A stretch of DNA of 64,000 nucleotides from an uncultured Acidobacteriota bacterium (lineage in GTDB: Bacteria > Acidobacteriota > Polarisedimenticolia > J045). The first letter of the stretch is position 1. Each line of letters begins with the position of its first letter. The notes under the pieces are model-generated. The model worked only from the letters and a program-made list of their open reading frames with translations, did no database searches and was not told the DNA's origin. Positions 22,990 to 34,541 of the stretch are shown piece by piece. The position numbers were made by a program, and so were the translations under genes. Location: NCBI GenBank assembly GCA_963702425.1, contig CAVPCQ010000033.1:28673-92672 (forward strand), in the 5' to 3' direction.

Positions 22990-23054
22990 CCAAAGCCTTG
23001 TCAGCGTGGATTTTGGGCGCTTCCCCTCCACTCCACCTAAGGAACCCTCGTCCC

Positions 23055-23435
23055 ATGGTGCTGACCGACAACACCTTCGCGCTGCTCGTCCTGTTGCTGC
23101 TGGCGATCGCGATCCCGGGCGGCATCCTGGTGGCTTCGGCGCTGCTCGGGCGGCCGAAGATCCGGACCACCGACCTGACGCCCTACGAGTGCGGCAGCCG
23201 GCTGTTCGAGTCGGCCCGGCACCCCTTCTCGGTGAAGTTCTACCTGATCGCGATGCTCTTCATCCTGCTCGACATCGAAGCGGTGTTCCTCTACCCCTGG
23301 GCAGTCGAGCTGAAGAACCAGGTCGGGACGGCGGGCGCGGTCTTCGTACTGGTCGAGATGCTGGTCTTCATCGCCATCCTGGTCGCCGGCTTCGCTTACG
23401 CCTGGGGCCGCGGCGCGCTCGACTGGGACCGCTGA
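23055..23435 (+). CDS. nuoA: NADH-quinone oxidoreductase subunit A
   Basis: PYECG, FSVKFYLIAMLFILLDIE, YAWGRGALDW. Confidence 0.95.
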   Translation: MVLTDNTFALLVLLLLAIAIPGGILVASALLGRPKIRTTDLTPYECGSRLFESARHPFSVKFYLIAMLFILLDIEAVFLYPWAVELKNQVGTAGAVFVLVEMLVFIAILVAGFAYAWGRGALDWDR

Positions 23436-23436
23436 G

Positions 23437-23928
23437 ATGGACGCCGGAGCGGTGGGCCAGCGGGTCTACGGCCGGTGGGACGGCCTCGAGACCGTCGAGC
23501 GCCTGAAGGCCGAGTTCCCGGGTGCGATCCTCGACAGCGCGGACTTCCGCGGCGAGACGACGGTCGTCGTCGCGCTCGACGCCGTCGCCGACGTCATGGC
23601 CTTCCTGCGCGACGCGCCGGAGACGCGCTTCGACATGCTGACCGACGTGACCGCGGTCCACTGGCCGGCGCGGCCGGAGCCGTTCGAGATCGTCTGGCAC
23701 CTCTACTCGATGCCGCGCAACGTACGGCTGCGGGTCAAGTCGAGCGCGGGGCCGGAGCCGAAGGTGCCGAGCGTCGTCCCGCTCTGGCCGGGTGCCGGCT
23801 GGCTCGAGCGCGAGTGCTACGACATGTTCGGCGTGGTCTTCGACGGCCACCCGGACATGCGCCGCATCCTGATGCCGGAGGACTTCGACGAGTGGCCGCT
23901 CCGGAAGGACTTCCCCCTCAAGTACTGA
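23437..23928 (+). CDS. nuoC: NADH-quinone oxidoreductase subunit C
   Basis: LTDVTAVH, WLERECYDMFGVVFDGHPDMRRILMP, PLRKDFP. Confidence 0.95.
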   Translation: MDAGAVGQRVYGRWDGLETVERLKAEFPGAILDSADFRGETTVVVALDAVADVMAFLRDAPETRFDMLTDVTAVHWPARPEPFEIVWHLYSMPRNVRLRVKSSAGPEPKVPSVVPLWPGAGWLERECYDMFGVVFDGHPDMRRILMPEDFDEWPLRKDFPLKY

Positions 23929-23965
23929 CCTGGCGCGCCCCACGCGCGGCAGCGACGAAGGCCGC

Positions 23966-25169
23966 ATGAGCGAAGCGACCCACATGCCCGCCCCGCACCA
24001 CCCCCGGGAGACGATCTGGCTCAACATGGGCCCGAGTCACCCCGCGACGCACGGGGTGCTGCGCCTGGTCCTCGAGCTGGACGGCGAGATCGTCGTCAGC
24101 TGCAAGCCCGACATCGGGTTCCTGCACCGCGGGTTCGAGAAGATCGCCGAGAACAAGACGCTCCACCAGTTCATCACGTGGACCGACCGGATGGACTACC
24201 TCTCGCCGATCTCGAACAACATCGGCTACGTGCTGGCGGTGGAGAAGCTGCTCGGGATCGAGGTCCCGCCCCGCGCCCGCGTCCTGCGGGTCCTGTTGTG
24301 CGAGATGTCGCGCCTGTCGGCGCACCTGCTCTGGCTGGGCACGCACGCGCTCGACATCGGCGCCGGGACGGTCTTCTTCTACACCTACCAGCAGCGCGAG
24401 ATGCTCTTCGACCTCTTCGAGTGGCTGACCGGGGCGCGCCTCACGACCAGCTTCCCGCGGATCGGCGGCATGGCGCGCGACATCCCGGAGGGCTGGCTCG
24501 AGGCGGTTCGGGAGTGGCTGCCGGAGTGCCGCGCGAAGATCGACGAAGTCCGACGGCCTGCTCACCAACAACAAGATCTGGCGCAACCGCACCGAGAATA
24601 TCGCCCCGCTGAGCGCCGAGGACGCGATCGCCTGGTCGGTGAGCGGACCGGTGCTGCGCGCCTCGGGCGTCGAGTGGGACCTGCGCAAGGCGCAGCCCTA
24701 CCTCGACTACGAGACCTACGACTTCGAGATCCCGACCGGGACCGTCGGCGACGTCTTCGACCGCTACCTCGTGCGGATGGAGGAGATGCGGCAGTCGGTC
24801 CGGATCTGCGAGCAGGCGCTGGCGCGGATGCCGGACGGCCCGATCAACGCCGACGCGCCGGGCGTCGTGCTGCCCCCCAAGGAGAAGGTCCTGACCTCGA
24901 TGGAGGACCTGATCTACCAGTTCATGATCATCACGGAAGGGGCCAAGGCGCCGAAGGGTGAGGTCTACCACGCGATCGAGTCGCCCAAGGGCGAGCTGGG
25001 GTTCTACCTCGTCCACGACGGCGGCCCCGCCGCCTACCGGCTCCGCCTGCGCACCGGCGCGTTCGTGAACCTCCAGACGATCGAGAAGGCCGCGGTTGGG
25101 GCGATGATCGCGGACGTGATCGCGATCATCGGCAGCCTCGACCCGGTGATGGGCGAGGTCGACCGCTGA
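23966..25169 (+). CDS. nuoD: NADH-quinone oxidoreductase subunit D; frameshift near 24555
   Basis: NMGPSHPATHGVLR, GFLHRG, DRMDY; second frame ESPKGELG...DPVMGEVDR. Confidence 0.95.
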
Positions 25170-25216
25170 CGACGGCGCGGTCGCGCGCACGCGCCGCCGC
25201 CTGAGAGGGACCCAGG

Positions 25217-25733
25217 GTGTACGGACCGGAATTCGAGAAGCAGGCTGCCGCGCTGGTCGCCGAGTACCCGCAGCCGCGCGGGGCCGTGATGCCGCTCCTG
25301 TGGCTGGTCCAGGAGCGTGTCGGCCACATCCCGCTCGAGGCCGAGCAGTGGATCGCGACGCGCCTCGGCCTGACCCCGTCGTTCGTCCACGGGATCACGA
25401 CCTTCTACACGATGTACCGCACCGCCCCGGCGGGGAAGCACGTCGTGCAGGTCTGCACGACCGTCTCCTGCATGCTGCGCGGCGCCGACCCCGTGCTCGA
25501 CCACATCAAGAAGAAGCTCGGGGTCGAGGTCGGCGAGACGACGCCGGACGGGATGTTCACGCTGGTGACGGTCGAGTGCCTCGGCTCCTGCGGTACCGCG
25601 CCCGCGATCCAGGTCAATGACGACTACTACGAGGACATGGACATCGCGCGCACCAGCGAGATTCTCGACGCCCTGGCCCGCGGCGAGAACGCCGAAGCCC
25701 GGACCGGGCCCGCACCGCGTCTACGTCGAATAG
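25217..25733 (+). CDS. nuoE: NADH-quinone oxidoreductase subunit E; frameshift near 25688
   Basis: TFYTMY, VCTTVSCMLRG, VECLGSCGTAP; removing one base gives ...PKPGPGPHRVYVE then TAG at 25731-25733. Confidence 0.9.
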
Positions 25734-25748
25734 AGCCGGAGCCGACGG

Positions 25749-27032
<1,284 letters not shown>

Positions 27033-27050
27033 CGGGTCAGGGAAGACGAC

Positions 27051-28715
27051 ATGCCCAACATCACCATCGACGGCCGGCAGCTCACCGTTCCCGACGGAAC
27101 GACGATCCTGCAGGCCGCGCTGGCCTCGGGGATCGAGATCCCCTACTACTGCTACCACCCTGCGCTCTCGATCGCCGGCAACTGCCGGATCTGCCTGGTG
27201 GAGGTCGAGAAGTCCCCGAAGCCGGTCATCGCCTGCAACACCGCGGTGGCGGAGGGGATGGTCGTCTTCACGCAGTCGGAGAAGACCAAGGAGTGGGAGC
27301 GGGCGGTGATGGAGTTCCTGCTCATCAACCACCCGCTCGACTGCCCGATCTGCGACCAGGCCGGCGAGTGCAAGCTGCAGGAGTACTCGTTCCGCCACGG
27401 CCAGGCGACGACGCAGTTCCGCGAGGAGAAGACGCACGGCCCGAAAAAGCGCGACCTGGGCCCCGGCGTCGTCTACGACTGGGAGCGCTGCATCAAGTGC
27501 ACGCGCTGCATCCGGTTCTGCGAGGAGGTGCCGCGGACCGGCGAGCTGGGGATGTTCCTGCGCGGCGTGCACGAGGAGATCGGGACCTTCCCGGGCAGGC
27601 CGCTCGACAACCCCTACTCCGGCAACGTCGTCGACATCTGCCCGGTGGGCGCGCTGACCTGGAAGAAGTTCCGCTTCCGCTCGCGCGTCTGGTTCCTGAC
27701 CAACGTGCCGTCCACCTGCGCCGGCTGCGCGCGCGGCTGCTCGATCGACGTCGGCGCCTTCCGTAACGAGGTCTACCGGATCACCCCGCGCCTCAACCAG
27801 GCGGTCAACCGCTGGTGGATCTGCGACGCCGGGCGCGACTGGAACGACCGGCTGAGCGCGGCGCCGGGTGAGCGTTTGTCCGGCGCGCGCTTCACCCGGC
27901 AGGACGAACGCAGCCCGTGGACGGTGGCCGTCGAGGAGGCCGCGGAGACGCTCGCTTCCGGGGCGACGGCCGGGAAGGTCGCGGTGCTCGCCAGCCCGCG
28001 CGCGACGGTCGAGGAGATCTTCCTGCTCGCGAAGATCGCCAGGGGGCCGCTCGGCGGCGCGTCGGTCTACCTGCCGCAGCACGAGGCGGGCGCCGACGAC
28101 GAGATCCTGATCCGCCGCGATCGCACGCCGAACCGCCGCGGCGCCGAGGCCGTGCTCGCCGCGCTGTCCGGCGGCGCGCTCCCCGTCGCCGAGCTCGAGC
28201 GGCGCCTCGCGAACGGCGAGGTCGACACGCTGCTGGCGTTGGGCCCCGGGCTCGCGGGGCGCGTCGACGACGAACCGCCGGTGCTGCGCGCGGACGTGCT
28301 CGCCAGGCTGCGGCACCTCGTCGTGCTCGACGCCTACCGCTCGCCGCTCTCGGACGCCGCCACGCTCCTGCTCCCCGTGACCGCCTGGGGCGAGAGCGCG
28401 GGAACCTACGCCAACTTCGCCGGACGCGTGCAGTGGGCCGCGGCGGCACTCGGGCCGCAGGCCAACTGCCGGCCGGCCTTCGTGCTGCTCGGCGACCTGT
28501 TCGGGCTGCTCACCGGCGGCAGCGCGCCGGCGCGCGCCGCGGTGCACGCCGCGCTGTCGGCCGAGGTGCCGGCGTTCGCGGCCATCGACTGGGATGCGTT
28601 GCCCGCCTCGACCGGCCAGGACATGGCCGGCACGGACGCGGCGTCGGCGGCGCCGCCGCCGACGGGAGCGGCGCAGAAGCTGACCGCGCTGGGCGTGCCC
28701 CCCGCGGGCCGCTGA
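27051..28715 (+). CDS. nuoG: NADH-quinone oxidoreductase subunit G (short form, 554 aa)
   Basis: CYHP...GNCRICLV, NHPLDCPICDQAGEC, CIKCTRC, CPVGAL, CAGCARGC. Confidence 0.93.
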   Translation: MPNITIDGRQLTVPDGTTILQAALASGIEIPYYCYHPALSIAGNCRICLVEVEKSPKPVIACNTAVAEGMVVFTQSEKTKEWERAVMEFLLINHPLDCPICDQAGECKLQEYSFRHGQATTQFREEKTHGPKKRDLGPGVVYDWERCIKCTRCIRFCEEVPRTGELGMFLRGVHEEIGTFPGRPLDNPYSGNVVDICPVGALTWKKFRFRSRVWFLTNVPSTCAGCARGCSIDVGAFRNEVYRITPRLNQAVNRWWICDAGRDWNDRLSAAPGERLSGARFTRQDERSPWTVAVEEAAETLASGATAGKVAVLASPRATVEEIFLLAKIARGPLGGASVYLPQHEAGADDEILIRRDRTPNRRGAEAVLAALSGGALPVAELERRLANGEVDTLLALGPGLAGRVDDEPPVLRADVLARLRHLVVLDAYRSPLSDAATLLLPVTAWGESAGTYANFAGRVQWAAAALGPQANCRPAFVLLGDLFGLLTGGSAPARAAVHAALSAEVPAFAAIDWDALPASTGQDMAGTDAASAAPPPTGAAQKLTALGVPPAGR

Positions 28716-28733
28716 GCGCGAGGGAGATTCACC

Positions 28734-29768
28734 TTGGACTTCGTCATGCTGGCTGCCGCAGCGGTCAAGGTGACGCTGATCGTCGTGATCTGCATCACGC
28801 TGGTGCCGATCATGACCTGGGTCGAGCGTCGCGGGGCCGGCGTGCTCCAGATGCGCCTGGGCCCCAACCGGGTCGGGCCGTTCGGGCTGTTTCAGCCGCT
28901 CGCCGACGGGCTGAAGTTCTTCTTCAAGGAGGACATTCTCCCGCCGTTCGTGAACCGGCCGGTCTACGTGATGGCCCCCTTCGTGGCGATGGCCGCCGCG
29001 ATCTCGGCCCTCGCGGTGATCCCGTTCGGCAGCACGCTGACGGTGCTCGACCGGAAGATCCCGCTCGTCATCGCCGACGTCGACGCCGGCGTGCTGCTCC
29101 TGCTGGCCGCTTCGTCGATGGGCGTCTACGGCATCATCATGGCCGGCTGGGCGTCCAACAACAAGTACTCGCAGTACGGCGGCCTGCGCTCGTCGGCGCA
29201 GATGATCTCCTACGAGCTGGCGCTGGGGCTGGCGGTGATCGCCGTGCTCGTCCTCTCCGGCACCCTGCGCCCGACTGCGATCGTGCTGCAGCAGGCCGAC
29301 GGCTGGTGGAACATCGTTTACCTGCCGCTGGGCTTCCTGCTGCTGCTGATCTCCGGCTTCGCCGAGACGAACCGCCTGCCGTTCGACCTTCCCGAGGCCG
29401 AATCCGAGCTCGTCGGCGGCTACCACACCGAGTACTCGTCGATGAAGTTCTCGCTGTTCTTCATGGCCGAGTACCTGAACATGGTCGTTTCGGCCTGCCT
29501 GCTCGTGACGCTCTACCTGGGCGGCTACTCCGTCCCGGGATTCGTCCGCAACACGCTCGGGCTCTCCGGAAACTGGTTGGCGCTGGCCGAGGTCGCGACC
29601 TTCTTCGCGAAGATCCTCTTCTTCCTGTGGTTTTTCGTCTGGGTGCGCTGGACCCTGCCGCGCTTCCGCTTCGACCAACTGATGCACATCGGCTGGAAGA
29701 TCCTGATCCCGCTCGGGTTCCTCAACGTCATCTGGGCGGCGCTGCTGGTCGTGTGGGGGGTTCGCTGA
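28734..29768 (+). CDS. nuoH: NADH-quinone oxidoreductase subunit H
   Basis: GPNRVGPFG, QPLADGLK, SNNKY, AETNRLPFDLPEAESELV. Confidence 0.97.
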   Translation: MDFVMLAAAAVKVTLIVVICITLVPIMTWVERRGAGVLQMRLGPNRVGPFGLFQPLADGLKFFFKEDILPPFVNRPVYVMAPFVAMAAAISALAVIPFGSTLTVLDRKIPLVIADVDAGVLLLLAASSMGVYGIIMAGWASNNKYSQYGGLRSSAQMISYELALGLAVIAVLVLSGTLRPTAIVLQQADGWWNIVYLPLGFLLLLISGFAETNRLPFDLPEAESELVGGYHTEYSSMKFSLFFMAEYLNMVVSACLLVTLYLGGYSVPGFVRNTLGLSGNWLALAEVATFFAKILFFLWFFVWVRWTLPRFRFDQLMHIGWKILIPLGFLNVIWAALLVVWGVR

Positions 29769-30298
29769 TGACGGCGGCACTGCTGGTGTTCCTCGTCATC
29801 GCCGCCGTTGCCGTCGGCTCGGCGCTGATCGTGGTCATCCACCGCAATCCGGTGATCCAGGCGCTGTCGCTGGTGGTCTTCCTGATCGCCGTGGCTGGCG
29901 TCTTCGTCCTGCTCAACGCGCAGTTCCTGGCGGCGCTGCAGGTGATCATCTATGCCGGCGCGATCGTGGTCCTGATCACCTTCGTGATCATGCTGCTGAA
30001 CCTCGGCCCCGAGGCCCGGGGCGGCCCGGGGATCCCGACGCTGCTCATCGCCTTCGTGCTGGGCGCGCTCCTGATCGGCGTGCTGGGGCGGGCCGGCCTG
30101 ACCTTCGAGCCGCTCTCGGCCGACACGCCGGTCAGCCCGGCGGGGGTGCTGCCGCACGCGCCGGGCTACGGGAGCGTCGGTTCCTTCGGCCGGGCGCTCT
30201 TCTCGACCTACTTCTACCCGTTCGAAGCCGTCTCGCTGGCGATCGTCGCCGCGCTGACGGGCGCGGTGCTGCTGGCCAAGCGCAAGCTGGAGGACTGA
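29768..30298 (+). CDS. nuoJ: NADH-quinone oxidoreductase subunit J
   Basis: C-terminus of ORF 27917..30298 from ATG 29768: NPV, QVIIYAGAIVVL, PFEAVS; directly follows nuoH. Confidence 0.93.
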   Translation: MTAALLVFLVIAAVAVGSALIVVIHRNPVIQALSLVVFLIAVAGVFVLLNAQFLAALQVIIYAGAIVVLITFVIMLLNLGPEARGGPGIPTLLIAFVLGALLIGVLGRAGLTFEPLSADTPVSPAGVLPHAPGYGSVGSFGRALFSTYFYPFEAVSLAIVAALTGAVLLAKRKLED

Positions 30299-30301
30299 GC
30301 G

Positions 30302-30625
30302 ATGGAGAACCCGTTCACGCTCTTTCTCCTGCTCTCGGCCGTGCTGTTCGCGATCGGAACGCTCGGCGTGGTCGCCCGGCGGGGCGCGATCACGATGCTG
30401 ATGAGCGTCGAGCTGATGCTCAACGCCGCCAACGTCGCGCTGGTCGCGGTGGGCCGGTTCCTGCCGGGCGACGGGGCGCCGGGAATCGTCGAAGGGCAGG
30501 TCGTGGCGCTGTTCGTGCTCGCGATCGCGGCGGCCGAAGCCGCCGTGGGGCTCGCGCTGGTGATCGCGCTGTACCGTCTGAAGGGCTCGACGGACACCGA
30601 TCTCGCGCGGCTCCTGCGCTGGTAG
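30302..30625 (+). CDS. nuoK: NADH-quinone oxidoreductase subunit K
   Basis: MSVELMLNA, GQV, AAAEAAVGLAL. Confidence 0.96.
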   Translation: MENPFTLFLLLSAVLFAIGTLGVVARRGAITMLMSVELMLNAANVALVAVGRFLPGDGAPGIVEGQVVALFVLAIAAAEAAVGLALVIALYRLKGSTDTDLARLLRW

Positions 30626-30640
30626 CCGGGAGGAGAGGCG

Positions 30641-32830
30641 ATGCTTCCGTACATCTGGCTGATCCCCCTGGCGCCCTTGGCGGGCTTCCTGTTCATCGGG
30701 TTGCTGACGATGTACGGGAAGCTGCCGGCGAAGGTGGCGGGGCGGGTCGGCGTGGCCGCGTCGGGGCTGGCGTTTCTGCTGGCGCTGGGGGCGGTGGTGG
30801 ACTTCTCCGGGGGCGTGGGGAAGTACGCGGCGCTGGCGGCGGCGCACCCGGGGGTCTACGAGGTTGCGGTGGGGTCGGCGCACGAGGCGCCTCGTTTCGA
30901 GGTGACGCCGCTCTCCTGGATGCCGGCAACGGACACGGTGCTGAAGGGCTGGGACGAGGGCGGTGCGCGGTTCGCGCGGATGGCGGTCGACTGGACCTTC
31001 GCGCTGGACGCGCTGACGGCGATCATGCTGATGGTCGTGACCTTCGTGGGGACGCTGATCCACGTCTACTCGCTGGGCTACATGGCCGGGGATCCGGGGT
31101 TCAATCGGTTCTTCGCCTACCTCAACCTGTTCATGGCGATGATGCTCACGCTGGTGCTGGGCGGGAACATGGTCGTGATGTTCGTGGGCTGGGAAGGGGT
31201 GGGGCTCTGCTCGTACCTCTTGATCGGGTACTTCTACGACCAGGTCTTCGACAAGGAGAGCGGTCTGACCTGCGCCGACGCGGGGCGCAAGGCGTTCCTC
31301 ACGAACCGGATCGGGGACTTCGGGTTCCTGCTGGGGCTGCTGCTGCTGGTGGTGACGTTCGGGACGGTGGACTTCTCGGAGCTGGCGGCGGCGATCAACG
31401 GCTCGTCGAGCTACTGGTACGGGACGGGGCTGCTGGCCGGGATCGGGGTGCTGCTGTTCGTGGGGGCGACCGGGAAGAGCGCGCAATTGCCGCTGTACGT
31501 CTGGCTGCCGGACGCGATGGCGGGCCCGACGCCGGTCTCGGCGCTGATCCACGCGGCGACGATGGTGACGGCGGGGGTCTACATGCTGTCGCGGATGGCG
31601 TCGTTGTACTGGCACGCGCCGGTGGCGATGCTGGTGGTGGCGATCGTGGGCTGCGCGACGGCGGTTTTCGCGGGGACGATGGGGACGGCGCAGACCGACA
31701 TCAAGAAGGTGCTGGCGTATTCGACGGTGTCGCAGCTGGGGTACATGTTCCTGGGGGCGGGGGTCGGGGCCTTCGTGGCTTCGATCTTCCACCTGGTGAC
31801 GCACGCCTTCTTCAAGGCCTGCCTGTTCCTGGGGGCGGGCTCGGTGATCGCGCGCAGCGGTCACAGCAACGACATGCGCTGGTACGGCGGGTTGAAGAAG
31901 TGGATGCCGCTGACGGCGGGGACGTTCCTGGTGGCGACGCTGGCGATCACGGGGCTGCCGTTCCTGTCGGGCTTCATGTCGAAGGATGAGATCCTGGCGC
32001 AGGCGCTGTTTTCGAACCGCGGGAGCGTCTGGCTCTGGGTCTTCGGTCTGATCGGGGCGGTCTTCACGTCGTTCTACATGTTCCGCTGCTACTGGATGAC
32101 GTTCCTGGGCGAGAACCGGGCCCCGCGCGCGGTGCGTGAGCAGCTGACCGAGTCGCCGCGGGTGATGACGTATGTGCTGGTGACGCTGGCGGCCGGGGCG
32201 GTGGTGGTGGGCTTCCTGGGGATCCCGTCGGGGGTGACGAACCTGGTCGGGGCCGGGAACCTGAACTGGTTCGAGAAGGTGCTGCATCCGGTGGTGGCGG
32301 CGCAGGGGGTGGCGGCGCAGGCGGGGCACGGGGCGGCGGCCGGGCACGGCGCGACAGCGGAAGCTGACGCGCCGGTGGAGCACGGCGCGACAGCGGAAGC
32401 TGACGCGCCGGCCCCGCTGACCGAGGGCTGGCGCCGGCATCCGGGGCTGACCGAGGAGTGGGGGCTGTTCGTCCTCGCGGCCGCGGTCTTCCTGGCGGGC
32501 CTGGTGACCGCGCGCTGGGCCTACGGCAACGGGATGGCCCGGGCCACGGCCCTGGCCGCCAGGCTGCCGTTCCTGCGCCGGCTGCTCCACCGCAAGTGGT
32601 TCGTCGACGAGTTCTACGATCGCTTCGTGCTCGGGCCGTTCTACGCGGCCTCGCGCTTCTTCGCGGGCTTCGACAATCGCGTCGTCGATGGCGCCGTGAA
32701 CCTCGCCGGGGCGACCGCGGAGTTCTCCGGCCAGGTCCTGAAGCTGTTCCAGACGGGCGCAGTCCGGCAGTACGCGCTGTGGCTGCTGGGGGGCGCCGTG
32801 CTGGTCGCCTGGCTGATGATGGGATCCTGA
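30641..32830 (+). CDS. nuoL: NADH-quinone oxidoreductase subunit L
   Basis: GWEGVGLCSYLLIG, NRIGD, GKSAQLPLYVWLPDAMAGPTPVSALIHAATMV, THAFFKA, lateral helix ending QTG. Confidence 0.97.
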   Translation: MLPYIWLIPLAPLAGFLFIGLLTMYGKLPAKVAGRVGVAASGLAFLLALGAVVDFSGGVGKYAALAAAHPGVYEVAVGSAHEAPRFEVTPLSWMPATDTVLKGWDEGGARFARMAVDWTFALDALTAIMLMVVTFVGTLIHVYSLGYMAGDPGFNRFFAYLNLFMAMMLTLVLGGNMVVMFVGWEGVGLCSYLLIGYFYDQVFDKESGLTCADAGRKAFLTNRIGDFGFLLGLLLLVVTFGTVDFSELAAAINGSSSYWYGTGLLAGIGVLLFVGATGKSAQLPLYVWLPDAMAGPTPVSALIHAATMVTAGVYMLSRMASLYWHAPVAMLVVAIVGCATAVFAGTMGTAQTDIKKVLAYSTVSQLGYMFLGAGVGAFVASIFHLVTHAFFKACLFLGAGSVIARSGHSNDMRWYGGLKKWMPLTAGTFLVATLAITGLPFLSGFMSKDEILAQALFSNRGSVWLWVFGLIGAVFTSFYMFRCYWMTFLGENRAPRAVREQLTESPRVMTYVLVTLAAGAVVVGFLGIPSGVTNLVGAGNLNWFEKVLHPVVAAQGVAAQAGHGAAAGHGATAEADAPVEHGATAEADAPAPLTEGWRRHPGLTEEWGLFVLAAAVFLAGLVTARWAYGNGMARATALAARLPFLRRLLHRKWFVDEFYDRFVLGPFYAASRFFAGFDNRVVDGAVNLAGATAEFSGQVLKLFQTGAVRQYALWLLGGAVLVAWLMMGS
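32344..32411 (+). repeat. In-frame 36-bp-period tandem duplication in the His/Ala-rich loop of nuoL
   Basis: GCACGGCGCGACAGCGGAAGCTGACGCGCCGG at 32344-32375 and 32380-32411 (HGATAEADAP twice). Confidence 0.9.
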
Positions 32831-32832
32831 CG

Positions 32833-34335
32833 ATGCCGACCTTCAACTGGTGGGTGGCGCTCCCGACGCTGGTCCCCGCGGCCTACGGACTGCTGCTGCT
32901 CGTCTTCACCCCGGCCCTGCGCCACGACCGGCGCTGGCTGTGGGGCTTCGCGGTGGCCGGGATGATGGTCACGGCGACCGTGCCGCTGATCATGCTGGGG
33001 CGGATCGGCAGCGTGGTGGACTTCGCCGCGACCGCCGGCGTCGCCGGCCAGGAGATGGTGCGAACCGACCGGCTCGCGCTCTGGATCGACTTCATCTGCG
33101 CGCTGGCGGGGGTGATGGCGCTGCTGTTCATGCCGCGCTACCTCGAGCGCGCCCGGGGCTATTTCCCCGAGGTCTTCCCGCTGCTCTTCTTCTCGGTCGC
33201 CGGCATGACGATCATGGTCGGTACCGACAACCTGTTGATGATCTTCATCGGGCTCGAGATCCTCTCGATCCCGCTCTACGTCCTGTCCGCGCTGACGCGT
33301 GACAAGAGCGCGGCGGTCGAGGCCGGCTTCAAGTACTTCATCCTCGGGGCATTCTCGACCGCGTTCCTGGTCTACGGGATCGCGCTGGTGCTGGGCGCGA
33401 CGGGGCACCTCGACCTTGGCGGCATCGTCGCCTCCGTCCGCAGCGCGTCGGCGATGGCGCCGTACGGCAAGGCGATGCTGCTCGTCGGGTCGGGTCTCCT
33501 GATGGTCGGCTTCGCGTTCAAGGTCGCGGCGGTGCCGTTCCACTTCTGGGTCCCGGATGTCTACACCGGCGCCCCGACCCCCGTGACCGGCTTCATGGCC
33601 GCCGCGACCAAGGCCGCGGCCTTCGCGGTCCTGATCCGCCTCGTCGGGAGCGCCGCCGAGGCCTCGCCGGAGCTCTCGCAGCGCGGCCTGGTGGTGCTGG
33701 CGGTGCTCGCCGCCGCGACGATGATCGTCGGCAATCTCGTGGCGCTGGTTCAGACCCGGGTCAAGCGCCTGCTGGCCTATTCGTCGATCGCCCACGCCGG
33801 ATACCTGTTGCTGGCGCTGATGACGCCGATCGCGGTCTCGGCCTCGTCGATCGTCTTCTACCTGCTGTCGTACACCTTCATGACGGTCGGAGCCTTTGCC
33901 GTCGTGTCGCTCTTCCAGCAGGACGGCGAGGACGCCGACAGCATCGTGAACTTCAAGGGGCTCGTGCAGCGCCGGCCGGCCCTGGCGTGGACGATGGGCC
34001 TGTTCCTGGTGTCGTTGATCGGGATCCCGCCGACCGGCGGGTTCACGGGGAAGTACGTCGTCTTCCTCGCCGCGCTCGACGCGGGGCACGGCAGGCTGGC
34101 GGCACTGATGGCGCTCACCGCGGTCGTGGGCGCGGCCTACTACCTGAGGGTCATCATCGCGATGTTCTTCGAGGCGCCCGAGACGGACGTCTCGGAGGGG
34201 ATCACGGTCCCGGCGGGGACGGTGATCGTGCTGGCGGCCGCGGTGGCGGGAACGGTGATCCTCGGGGTCTACCCGTCGCTCGTGCTGGATCCGCTGTCCC
34301 GCATCGGAACGGGTTTGCTCGCCGCGATCCGCTGA
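32833..34335 (+). CDS. nuoN: NADH-quinone oxidoreductase subunit N
   Basis: EAGFKYFILG, FKVAAVPFHFWVPDVYTGAPTP, KRLLAYSSIAHAG, SLIGIPPTGGF. Confidence 0.95.
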   Translation: MPTFNWWVALPTLVPAAYGLLLLVFTPALRHDRRWLWGFAVAGMMVTATVPLIMLGRIGSVVDFAATAGVAGQEMVRTDRLALWIDFICALAGVMALLFMPRYLERARGYFPEVFPLLFFSVAGMTIMVGTDNLLMIFIGLEILSIPLYVLSALTRDKSAAVEAGFKYFILGAFSTAFLVYGIALVLGATGHLDLGGIVASVRSASAMAPYGKAMLLVGSGLLMVGFAFKVAAVPFHFWVPDVYTGAPTPVTGFMAAATKAAAFAVLIRLVGSAAEASPELSQRGLVVLAVLAAATMIVGNLVALVQTRVKRLLAYSSIAHAGYLLLALMTPIAVSASSIVFYLLSYTFMTVGAFAVVSLFQQDGEDADSIVNFKGLVQRRPALAWTMGLFLVSLIGIPPTGGFTGKYVVFLAALDAGHGRLAALMALTAVVGAAYYLRVIIAMFFEAPETDVSEGITVPAGTVIVLAAAVAGTVILGVYPSLVLDPLSRIGTGLLAAIR

Positions 34336-34541
34336 CCGGGCCGGGGTCGACTAATTGACACGCCCGTCCCGTTAGGTGCATTTCAATCGCCGAAAGGCCC
34401 GCGGCAGCAAACGGTTCGTGCCCACTAGTGCACCCCGCCCGAACGGATTAGAATTCCCCTCCCCACAGTTCGCGGTTCTGAAAGCGTTTCGTCCCGCCGT
34501 ACCGGGACACTCGCACATCCCTGCTTGACCGGAGGAAACCC

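Noticed and set aside
34336-34541. Riboswitch or ncRNA in the gdhA leader
   Set aside because: Only short hairpins and partial promoter hexamers (TTGACA 34355, TAGAAT 34449); no motif I can recognise. An Rfam/Infernal scan would settle it.
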